Origin: Octopus sinensis
Taxonomy: Eukaryota
Assembly: GCF_006345805.1 (NCBI RefSeq)
Contig: NW_021834961.1
Coordinates: 1-52,148 of the forward strand
Direction of reading: 5' to 3'
Length of the DNA stretch: 52,148 bases
Positions 1 through 10,262 of the stretch are shown here, piece after piece. The position numbers and the translations under genes are program-made. The notes under the pieces are model-generated. The model ran no database searches and was not told where the DNA came from. It was given only the letters and a program-made list of their open reading frames with translations. Position 1 is the stretch's first letter. The number at the start of each line of letters is the position of its first letter.

Positions 1-280
1 TGTCTTTATAACGCTTCATAGCAACCACAACACACACACACACACACACACACACCACACGCCCTTCATACACAAGCAAAAGAAAAACAAAAAAACAAAG
101 GCACGCATATGCACACACACAAACCCATACACCCATTCACTCCCACAAACCTGTGTTGACATACACGCAGAAACATACACTTACATTTACATACACAGAA
201 ATTTCCACATAGCCGTGCAAACACATTCTTATAAACACACAAACACACACACACACATACTTTCCTCTATTTCCCTCATT

Positions 281-748
281 CTCTCTCTCTCTCTCTCACA
301 CACACACACTTACTCTTTCATACACACACACTCTCTCTCCTTCTCTCTCTCTCACACACACACACTTACTCTTTCATACACACACACACACACACTCTCT
401 CTCCTTCTCTCTCTCTCACACACACACACTTACTCTTTCATACACACACACACACACTCTCTCTCCTTCTCTCTCTCTCACACACACACACTTACTCTTT
501 CATACACACACACTCTCTCTCCTTCTCTCTCTCTCACACACACACACTTACTCTTTCATACACACACAGTCTCTCTCTTCTTCTCTCTCTCTCACACACA
601 CACTTACTCTTTCATACACACACACTCTCTCCTTCTCTCTCTCTCACACACACACACTTACTCTTTCATACACACACACACTCTCTCTCCTTCTCTCTCT
701 CTCTCACACACACACACTTACTCTTTCATACACACACACTCTCTCTCC

Positions 749-783
<35 letters not shown>

Positions 784-830
784 TCTTTCATACACACACA
801 CACTCTCTCTCTTCTTCTCCTCTCTCTCTC
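281..830. repeat. CA/CT-rich minisatellite, ~55-60 bp unit (CACACACTTACTCTTTCATACACACAC-CTCTCTCCTTCTCTCTCT), about 9 copies
   Basis: The CTTACTCTTTCATAC motif recurs between (CA)n and (CT)n runs; this explains the 220-aa low-complexity ORF 215-877. Confidence 0.9.
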
Positions 831-1033
831 TTTCCATCCTACACACAAATGCACTCACAGACTCTCGTAAGCACTGAGACACTCTCATTCACACACTGAA
901 AAGGCGCGAGTGAGTGAAGAAGAGACTGACTTCAGAAGGAAGAAAGGTAGGTTATTATGGAGGCAGGTAGGTTAGTAAGAAATTCAGTACAAATGGAATG
1001 GAATCAAATCGAATGGAATCAAATATAACTTAC

Positions 1034-1359
1034 CCTTTCTCTTCAAACAACTCTTGCATTTCCATGCACTTAAGTTCCACTTTCCGTTTCCGCTCATGAT
1101 CGAGAATTTCGTAATTTGAAATTTTGACGGAAACTGGTGGTTCGGAAGAGACTTTCACTTCCTCTTTAGACTTATTGTAAGCAATCATCGACGACGGGGG
1201 CAGCGGCGGGGGTGGAGGCGGCGGCGGCGGCGGTGGTGGGTGGGCCGCCGTTGCCTCCTGGTATCTTTGAGCCATGGACAGATTTTTGGTTAAGTAGCCG
1301 TTGAGAGGCACCGCCGTGCCACCACTCGTTGGTGGAGATATGCTAACACCATCGAACAT
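1034..1359 (-). CDS. SRRM2/3-like: First coding exon (108 codons + 2 nt, phase-2 end) of an SRRM2/3/4 (SRm300/Cwc21) family splicing factor with a Cwf21 domain
   Basis: Translation MFDGVSISPPTSGGTAVPLNGYLTKNLS...EILDHERKRKVELKCMEMQELFEEKG matches the family pattern MYNGIGL..RGSGTNGYVQRNLS...ILDHERKRRVEL.C.E..E..EEQG. Upstream polypyrimidine tract and acceptor TTTCAG at 1391-1386 (exon starts 1385, 26 nt of UTR). Donor GG|GTAAGT at 1033 falls at the position I recall as the conserved intron after EEQG in SRRM2. The next coding exon is not in the window. Confidence 0.9.
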
Positions 1360-1803
1360 GATGGTCTTGTGGCTGGTTGCGAAAACTGAAATTAGAAGAT
1401 GAGAAAGATGAGAAAGAGAGAAAAGGAGAGAGAGAGAGAGAGAGTGCATAATTGAAACACAAAGCAAATAAATAAGAAGCACTACAAGATTTAAAATGGT
1501 AAAATAAATTAAGAATCCAAGAATTATTCATGTATGCAAAACGAATAAATAGATAAATAAATAAATAGGTAAATGAAAAAATATGGATCTCTCTCTTTTT
1601 TTTTTTTCCACTTTTTGAAGAATTGGGAAGTTTTCAAAGTCAGGTTATATTTTGCTGCAAATAAATGGAATGACAGCAGGATCTTGGTTCCATGTGAAGA
1701 ACAAAAATCGAAACGGTTATTTCTAATCTATGTTAAGTTATATATACGTGTATGAATGTATATGCATTATGGATGAATGTAAATATAGAAATATATGTAT
1801 GAG

Positions 1804-1842
<39 letters not shown>

Positions 1843-2199
1843 TGTATGTATGTATGTATATATGTATATATATGAATGTAAATATATGTATATATATATA
1901 TATGAATGTAAATATAGAAATATATGTATGAGCATATATATATATATATATATGTAATGTAGGTATGTATGTATGTATGTATGTATGTATGTATGAATGT
2001 GCATGCATATACATCTGTGTGTATGTGCATGAGTGTGTGTGTGTTCATGCACTCACATATGCAATTATGCGCATTTTTATTTATCATCATTATCATTTAA
2101 TATTCACTTTTTCATGCTCGAGATACAGAATAAATGACTGTGATACCTGGTACCTTGCCTTACGCAAGAATACCCATATTCCATGGCAGAAGTATTCAG

Positions 2200-2575
2200 A
2201 CCGATCCTTCTGGTAGTGTAAAGCATTCACCTGTGCAGTGTGGTGTAAAAGCACCTGTGTGGTGCAGCATTAAAGCATCTGTGTGATGCCACATAAGAGC
2301 AACTGTGCAATGCCACATAAAATCACACATACAGTACCACATAAAAGAGCCTGTGCAGTGCCATGTAAAAGCAACCATGTGGTGCCACATAAAAGGGCCC
2401 ATGTGGTGTCACATAAAAGCCCCCAGCACACTCTGTAAAGTGGTTGGCATTAGGAAACGTATCCAGCCATAGAAACCATGCCAAATCAGACTGAGGTCTC
2501 GTGCAACTCCTTGGCTTGCCACCTCTGTCCAAACCATCCAACCCATGCTAGCATTGGCAATGGACGTTAAACAGG
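2200..2575 (+). mobile_element. RTE-3'-end-derived repeat with an internal ~20-bp tandem (GCACCTGTGCAGTGCCATGTAAAA-like)
   Basis: The tail ...GGTTGGCATTAGGAA..CATCCAGC..TAGAAAC...CCAACCCATGCTAGCAT.G...GACGTTAAAC-GATGAT is shared with copies at ~23470-23920, 40460-40830 and 44935-45125, and with the 3' end of the RTE at 2810-3962. Confidence 0.6.
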
Positions 2576-2809
2576 ATGATGCTCCCATGGGTTAGATGGA
2601 CCTTTTTGAGGCAGATTTTTCTACAGTCAGATGCCTTTCCTGCCACCAACCCTCACCTTTTTCCAACCAAGGTCGCATTTCCCCAACCAGACATGTTTTT
2701 ATGGAAGACTGTAAATAAAGAGGACTGCTTGAATGTCAGTGTCACTTGCTTAAAGCTGTTGCACATTGCCATGGCAAGGCGACTGTAATATACACACATT
2801 CACACTCAA

Positions 2810-3962
2810 ACGGTGCTTTTTACGTGCCACCGACATGGCAGCCAGTTAGCCGCTCTGGCAACGACCATGCTTGAATGGTGCTCTTAGTGCTCCACTAGCA
2901 CTGATGCCAATCATCGAATTTGATTTCGATTTCAATTCCACTTGCCTCAACAGGTCTTCGCAAGCAGAGTTTAGTGTCCAATGAAGGAAAGGTACGCATA
3001 AGTGGGCTGGTTACACCCCTGGACTAGGCTCCGATGTTATGGTCTCATTTGGCTTGCCAGGTCTTCTCACGCACGGCATATTTCCAAAAGTTTTTGTCAA
3101 TAGTCATTGCCTCAGTGAGGCCTAATGTTCAAAGGTTGTGCTTCACCACTTCATCCCAGGTTTTCCTGGCTCTACCTCTTCCACAGGTTCCCTCAACCGC
3201 TAGGGTTGGCACTTTTTCACACAGCTATCCACATCCATTCTCGCCACATGACCATACCAGCACAGTTGTCTCTCTTGCACACCACATCTGATGCTTCTTA
3301 GGTCCAACTTTTCTCTCAAGGTACTTACACTCTGTCGAGTATGAACACTGACATTACACATCCATCGGATCATACTGGCTTCATTCCCTGCGAGCTTACA
3401 CATGTCCTCAGCAGTCATGGCCCATGTTTCACTGCCATGTAGCATGACTGTTTGTACACATGCATCATACAGTCTGCCTTTTGTTCTGAGCGAGAGGCCT
3501 TTTGTCACCAGCAGAGGTAAGAGCTCTCTGAACTTTGCCCAGGCTATTCTTACTCTAGCAATTACACTTTCAGCACACCCGCCCCCGCTACTGACTTGGT
3601 CGCCTAGGTAACGGAAGCTATCAACTACTTCTAGTTTTTCTCCCTGAAATGTGGTGGATGTTGTTCTCTGCACATTTTCAGTGTTTCTTGCTCCTGAGCA
3701 TCTGCCACATACAAAAACTATCTTCCCCGTTAGCCTTCCTTTGATATTGCTGCACCTCATATGTGTCTATAGTTTACACTGGGTACATCTTATAGAGTTT
3801 CTACCTACGCCTTTTCTACAGATCGAGCAGGGCTATCTACCTGAAGGGATTTGTAGTTTGCCTGCCTTCCTACTTATTAGGACTTTGGTTTTAGCTAGGT
3901 TGACTCTAAGGCCCTTCGATTCTAATCCTTGTTTCCAAACTGGAAACTTCTCAAGCCCTATA
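2810..3962 (-). mobile_element. 5'-truncated, frameshifted RTE-clade LINE (RT C-terminal half plus 3' UTR)
   Basis: ORF fragments WKQGLESKGLRVNLAKTKVL and EKLEVVDSFRYLGDQVSSGGG...AWAKFRELLPLL...KGRLYDACVQTVMLHGSETW...LCWYGHVARM are typical RTE RT motifs (YLG, GSETW, WYGHV). Confidence 0.88.
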
Positions 3963-4007
3963 TTTGTTCCCCACCATCGCTTGACAACTGATGTTGATGT
4001 GTTTACT

Positions 4008-4170
4008 TCCCTATAACTTAGTAGTTCAGCAAAAGAGACTGATAAAATAAGTATTTTCCTCATAACTTAGTAGTTCGGCAAAAGAGACTGATAGAATAAG
4101 TATTTTCCTTATAACTTAGTAGTTCGGCAAAAGAGACTGATAGAATAAGTATTAGGCTTACAGAGAATAA
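4008..4170 (+). repeat. Three tandem ~56-bp copies of an internal SINE segment (ATAACTTAGTAGTTCGGCAAAAGAGACTGATAGAATAAGTATT)
   Basis: Direct repeats start near 4012, 4061 and 4110 inside a SINE 3' half. Confidence 0.75.
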
Positions 4171-4254
4171 GTCCTGGGGCCAATTTGTTTGACTAAAGGC
4201 AGGGCTCCAACACTGTTTTTGCTCTAAGCCACTTTGACTATTACTCCTAGCTAT

Positions 4255-4700
4255 GATCCCCAACCAGTGTAAAATGAATTGCAGAACTTGAGGCAATCCA
4301 ACAAAGCTACATGGAAATAGCTTGTATGCATCACATAAGCTACTGGGAAGGACTCAAGAGACTGCAACTCGTTTCCAAGAAGCATAGGTGGGAAAGATAT
4401 GCCATAACATACATCTGGAAGATCCTGGCAGGACTTGACACAGACTTTGGTACTAAGAGTTACACTAATGCTAGAAAAGGGAACCACTGCATTTTGCCAA
4501 AGACTCCAACTTTGCTATCAAAATATAGGACAAGATGTTGCGATAGCCTAAGCTTTAAAGGTCCACAGCTCTTCAATATCCTCCCAAAGGACCTAAGAGA
4601 CCTACAAGGGGTGTATGTAGATGTCTTCAAAGCAAAAATACATCTCTTACTGTCAAGAGTCCCAGAGGACAGCAGCATTAAACTCCCTCATGCACCAAAT
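4255..4700 (+). mobile_element. Decayed CR1/L2-group LINE RT C-terminal fragment
   Basis: Reads YWEGLKRLQL..RWERYAITYIWKILAG...FKGPQLFNILPKDLR...FKAKI..LLSRVPE, the Y..RL..L.L / GP.LFN.LP / FK..LD pattern. A same-family copy lies at 29380-29640. Confidence 0.78.
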
Positions 4701-4810
4701 GACAAATTCTAAAAAGAATTAGTGAAATAGAAATTATGTAGCAATGCCAAATGTTGGTGCCCCAGCATGGCTACAGCTTGTGAGCTGAAACTAGTTTAAT
4801 TCAATTCAAT

Positions 4811-4854
<44 letters not shown>

Positions 4855-4859
4855 CACTT

Positions 4860-5243
4860 TACTCTTTTACTCTTTTACTTGTTTCAGTCATTTGACTGTG
4901 GCCATGCTGGAGCACTGCCTTTTGTCGAGCAAATCGACCCCAGGACTTATTCTTTGTAAGCCTAGTACTTATTCTATCGGTCTCTTGTACCAAACCGCTA
5001 AGTTACGGGGACATAAACACACCAGCATCGGTTGTCAAACACAGACACACAAAACATAAACACACACATACATATATATATGTATTTCTTTCAGTTTCCA
5101 TCTACCAAATCCACTCACAAGGCTTTGGTCAGCCCGAGGCTATAGTAGAAGACACTTGTCCAAGGTGCCATGCAGTAGGACTGAACCCGGAACCATATGG
5201 TTGGTAAGCAAGCTACTTACCACACAGCCACCCCTGCACCTAT
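4860..5243 (-). mobile_element. tRNA-derived CORE-type SINE with an internal (TA)/(TG) microsatellite
   Basis: B-box-like GGTTCAGTCC, CORE-like GGCACCTTGGACAAGTGTCTT and a (AAAAGAGT)n tail; many sister copies in the window. Confidence 0.8.
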
Positions 5244-5597
5244 ATAAAATGTTAATAACATTTACATACTTAGAAGCCCCCCAACAGGCTTATAAGTAAG
5301 AGCTGAATCAAGTTTCTGCTGCTTGGTAAGCGAAGAAAGAAAAGAGCCAAGGGCCTAACTGATCCGACTTCAACTACTAAATATCTATCATCTGCTGAGA
5401 AGATGTGAATTATCTGGCAGAGATCAAAAATAGAACAGCTTAAAATTGCAGGAACCACAATTTATAGATGTCTAATTTAGGAAGATGGAATGGCAGGCAT
5501 GCTGAAGTCTTAATTTGTAATGCAGTCACATAGCAAATTATATGTGTAGAAACATGTGTGTGTATGTGTGTCCGTCCGTCCGTCCATCCATCAATCC

Positions 5598-5630
<33 letters not shown>

Positions 5631-5678
5631 ATATGCACATATATACATATGCATACATACAAACATACATATGCAAAT

Positions 5679-5708
<30 letters not shown>

Positions 5709-5709
<1 letters not shown>

Positions 5710-6102
5710 GGCACAGGATGGCTGTGTGGTAAGTATCTTGCTTACCAACCACATGGTTCTGGGTTCAGTCCCACTGCGTGGCACCTTGGGCAAGTGTCTT
5801 CTACTATAGCTTCGGGCCGACTAAAGCTTTGTGAGTGGATTTAGTAAACGGAAACTGAAAGAAGCCTGTCGTGTATATATATATATATATATATATTGTG
5901 TGTGTGTCTGTGCTTGTCCCCCCCCCCCAACATCACTTGACAACCGACGCTGGTGTGTTGTACCCGTAACTTAACGGTTTGGCAACAGAGACCAATAGAA
6001 TAAGTACTAGGCTTACAAAAAATAAGTCCTGGGTTCGATTTGCTTGACTAAAGGCGGTGCTCCAGCATGGCCGCTGTCAAATGACTGAAACAAGTAAAAG
6101 AG
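5709..6102 (+). mobile_element. tRNA-derived CORE-type SINE with an internal microsatellite
   Basis: Head GGCACAGGATGGCTGTGTGGTAAG, GGGTTCAGTCCC, GCGTGGCACCTTGGGCAAGTGTCTT, internal (TA)n(TG)n, tail GAAACAAGTAAAAGAGT. Confidence 0.82.
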
Positions 6103-6220
6103 TATATATATATATATATAAAACGGGAAGATTTATGAAAATAAACAAAAGACGAAGGCAGGTGGAGTACAAACAAACAATTGTATTAGTATGGCGCTCA
6201 GGAATAGAAATAAAACAAGT

Positions 6221-6256
6221 CTTTTACTTTTCAAGCCTACGCTCTTCGACAGAAAG
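6221..6256 (-). ncRNA. Degenerate minimal type I hammerhead motif in a Penelope-like terminal fragment (~6120-6310)
   Basis: CUUU-CUGUCGA-A-GAGC(guag)GCUU-GAAAA-GUA^AAAG. Stems I and II pair, but the core has A6U and stem III is mutated. Confidence 0.5.
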
Positions 6257-6321
6257 ATAAACAGGAGAGAAACAAGGAGAGAAAAAAATTGTGTGTAGGG
6301 GCTAACGATTCAACATATATG

Positions 6322-6366
<45 letters not shown>

Positions 6367-8179
6367 TACAAATGTATGCATGAATATGTAGGTATATGTA
6401 TACTTGGGTGTGCAAGCATTTTTGTGCCCTTAAGAAATCTGCTTTGCAACCACATAGCTTCTAGTTCAGTGCCACTGCATGGCACCTTGGGTGAGTGTTT
6501 GCTACAATAGCTACATGCAAATCAAAGATTTGTGAGAAAATTTAGTAAATGTAAACTACAGGGCATCTGCCATGTATGTGTGTGTATATATATTTATATA
6601 TATATACACATACATATGTATACATGTGCATATGTATGTATTTATATACACACGTATACATACGTACACATGTATGTACATATATATATATATACACACA
6701 CACACAATTAAGCATATACAAACAGACACACATATGTACATACACATATATATGATTATGATGACGATCAGCATTGATGGTAACCATGAAAATGATGATG
6801 ATTGTGATGATGATGATGATGATAAATGATGGCAGGTATATTTCAAATGTGATTAAAATCAAATAAACCAAGCAGTCTGTTGGCAACTGAAGGCTCCGTG
6901 TATAAAACGCATCAGGAGAGATAAGCAACATTGCTATTTACATATATTGGAAACAGATTACAAATGTATGGTGATTAGTGACTGATGATTGATAACCAGT
7001 GGCTGGTAATTGGCAATTGGTGACTGATGAGGGATTTCTGATGGTGCAAGAATTAAAGTTGATTGGTGATTGATGATAATTATTAATGAGTGATGATTGA
7101 ACAAGGATTGGTGAACAGGGACTGACAGCTGACAAATGGTGTTTGATGAATGATTACCTATACATCCTAATTTTTTCAAAATCTACTGCACAGACGCAGT
7201 CCTTCGCCGGCAATGAAAATATGCCAACTTTTAAAAACCGAAAATTATCCAAAAACTTACAATATTTAATCATATCAAAGGGAAATGGAAATTCAAAGGG
7301 CAGCACAAGCGTTTTGTGGTTTGGAATCACAAGTTTGGTGCCAATGATGAATAACAACACGAAATTAGCTCTTCACAAATCATTTGTGTTACCATCCCAC
7401 CACTGCTTGACAGGTGGCGTTGATATTTATGGGCCTCCAACTTGACATGAAAATAAGTAATGAAGTCAATTTATTCAACTAAAGCCTTTTTTCAAGGTGG
7501 TGCCCCAGCATGGCTACAGCCTAATGACTAAAGTGAGTAAAAGATAGAAGATAATGAATGAGTAACAGGAGACTCTTGTTGAAACCAGAATCATCGCAGA
7601 AAAACAAAAACAAACAAAAGCACAGCTCAATATTAAAATATAAGCGGCTTTATAAAAGTAATGAATTATTTTTTACTTCTATTAAACCCCAGAGAAGTTG
7701 TAATCATTTCTGTTGATAACATAATTTCGCTTTTATTTTTCTCCTCATTTATTTATATTCGTTTATATTTTATTTCATTTCGCAGTTTTTTTTTTTTTTC
7801 CTTTTTTTTTTCTTTCGATTTTTGTTTTCGTTCTGTCCCCCCAACCCCAACCGTGTTAATTTGTCCTCCTCGGAGAAGTACCAAAACTCTCTCTTCTCAA
7901 GAACTGACGTCAGAAAAAGAACAACGGATGTTTTAATCCAAATAAAAGCTAGATAAACTTGTGTTGTTGTTCTTTGTCTCATTATCACGTATAAACAGCT
8001 TCAAAGTAGCAATGCTAAAATTAAAAACAACGAGAAAAACACAGACAAAACCGAAAAGAAAAACACACAAAACAGAATGACGACATCACAGAGATTGAAA
8101 CGAAGATATCAATATCATACATCTCGACAAATACATTCCAAATTAATGCAGAACAGCTGTAGCATGCGTGTGCATATGC

Positions 8180-8554
8180 GTACGTTGATATGAAGTTATG
8201 AATACCTGTCTGAGAGTATATAAATACGTATGCATGTCCTTGTGCGTGCATATATATACACATATGAATACATATATAAATACACATGTACATATATACA
8301 TATGTATACATGTACATATATGCACATACATATATATATACATATATATAAACACACACACATATATATACATATATATACACACATATATATACATATA
8401 TATACACACATATATATACATATATATACATATATATATATATACACATATATACATATATATATATATACACACATATATATACATATATATACATATA
8501 TATAACACACATATATATACATATATATACATATATATACAATATATATATATA

Positions 8555-8638
<84 letters not shown>

Positions 8639-8766
8639 ATACATAATATATAATACATATATATATATATATATACATAATATATATATATATACACATA
8701 TATACATATATATATACATAATATATATATACATAATATATATATATATTATATATATACATACAC

Positions 8767-8799
<33 letters not shown>

Positions 8800-8828
8800 C
8801 ATACATATATACATACATATATACATAC

Positions 8829-8860
<32 letters not shown>

Positions 8861-8885
8861 TATATATATATATATATAATATATG
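8180..8885. repeat. (TA)n/(TACA)n microsatellite field
   Basis: Direct inspection; source of the Y/I/M/C-rich pseudo-ORFs. Confidence 0.95.
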
Positions 8886-9227
8886 AGTGACCCCCTTCGG
8901 TCAGACACTGACCATGGGTTTGCACCTAGAGAGTTGCCCTCTGAGGCACAAGTCTGGGCAAGGTTGTTTTTTATGGAAGACCAGCAGTCGCCCATGCACA
9001 CTGGCCTCCCCTCTCCACGTCACCGATGTTGTCCAAGGGAAAGGCAAGGGCCGATACAGCTTGGCACCTGTGACGTCGCAACTCATTTCTACAGCTGTGT
9101 GAACCGGAGCAACGTGAAATAAAGTGTCTTGCTCAAGAACACAACATGCAGCCCGGTCCGGGATTCGAGCTCACAACCTCACGATTGTAAGCTCAACGCT
9201 CTAACCCCTGAGCCACGCGCCTTCACT
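8885..9227 (-). mobile_element. tRNA-derived SINE, second CORE-type family
   Basis: Minus-strand head GGCGCGTGGCTCAGGGGTTAGAGCG (A box) and GCTCGAATCCC (B box), then GTGTTCTTGAGCAAGACACTTT. Sister copies at ~15205-15545 and 16625-16965. Confidence 0.8.
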
Positions 9228-9835
9228 TCCATATACATATATATAATATATATATATACAATATATATATATATATATGTAATATATATATAATATATAT
9301 ATATATTATATATATATATATATGTAATATATATATATATATATGCATATATATATATATATATATATATACATACACATATATATATATACATATATAC
9401 ATATATATATATACACACATACACAAACATATATTTAGATATATACTTAGACATGTGCGTCTATATGAATTTATGATTGCCTCTGTGACTAAGTGCGACA
9501 GTGTGTAAATGATTTGAGAGAAAATACAGGTATAAGAGGCGTCAGTTGAAGTGTGCAAGAGAGAAGATTACACTGGTATGGTCGTGCGATACACATCGAT
9601 GAGGACATCAGCAGCACAAAGAAGTGCCAATCTCAAATTGTGGAGAGTACCTGTAGAGAGAGTACACCCAGAAATGTGGGACAAAATATTAAGAAAGAAT
9701 CTTCAGACATGAAGTCTCACAGAGATGAAAAGGGACCGAGACTTCTGGCAGTTTGCTGTGCCTGAGAAGACACATCAAGGTAAGTGACACTGTGGTCATT
9801 CGTACATACAGGTATGTGCTCTACATACCTGGCAC

Positions 9836-10035
9836 AGCTGGCAGAATTGTTAGCTTCGCGGTATTTCGTCTGCCGCTATGTTCCGAGATCAAATTCTGCC
9901 GAGGTCGACTTTGCCTTTCATCCTTTTGGGGTCGATTAAATAAGTACCAGTTACGCACTGGGGTCGATGTAATCGACTTAATCCATTTGTCTGTCCTTGT
10001 TTGTCCCCTTGTGGGTAGTAAAGAAATAGGTATGT
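9836..10035 (+). mobile_element. tRNA-derived SINE with a Meta/MESC-like central domain
   Basis: GCTGGCAGAA..GTTAGC head, GAGATCAAATTC B box, GCCTTTCATCC..GGGGTCGAT..AAGTACCAG core. The domain name is from memory. Confidence 0.65.
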
Positions 10036-10262
10036 GCTCTACGTCCCTCTCTCAGCTGAGAGAGCTTGCACAAGCTGGTGTCATATAAACTGCACTCATG
10101 CTAGTGCCACGTTGAAGCACCCATGCTGGTGCCACACAAAAGCACATGTGCTGGTGCCACGTCAAAGTACTCACGCAAAAAGCAGACAAGTAGACCCTGG
10201 ACAGCTCCCCTACTGGTCAGCTCCTGTCAAACTGTCCAAACTATCTCTATCTCTCTCCCTCT

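Noticed and set aside
7852-7903. Possible minus-strand exon (LEKREFWYFSEEDKLTR) in a unique island
   Set aside because: Reasonable acceptor but weak donor (CG|GTTGGG) and no recognisable protein similarity.
8021-9001. Long Y/I/M/C/V/H/T-rich ORFs here and throughout (e.g. 10919-11383, 28121-28673, 31574-32068, 36412-36798, 42434-42931)
   Set aside because: These are translations of (TA)n, (TG)n and (TACA)n repeats, not genes.
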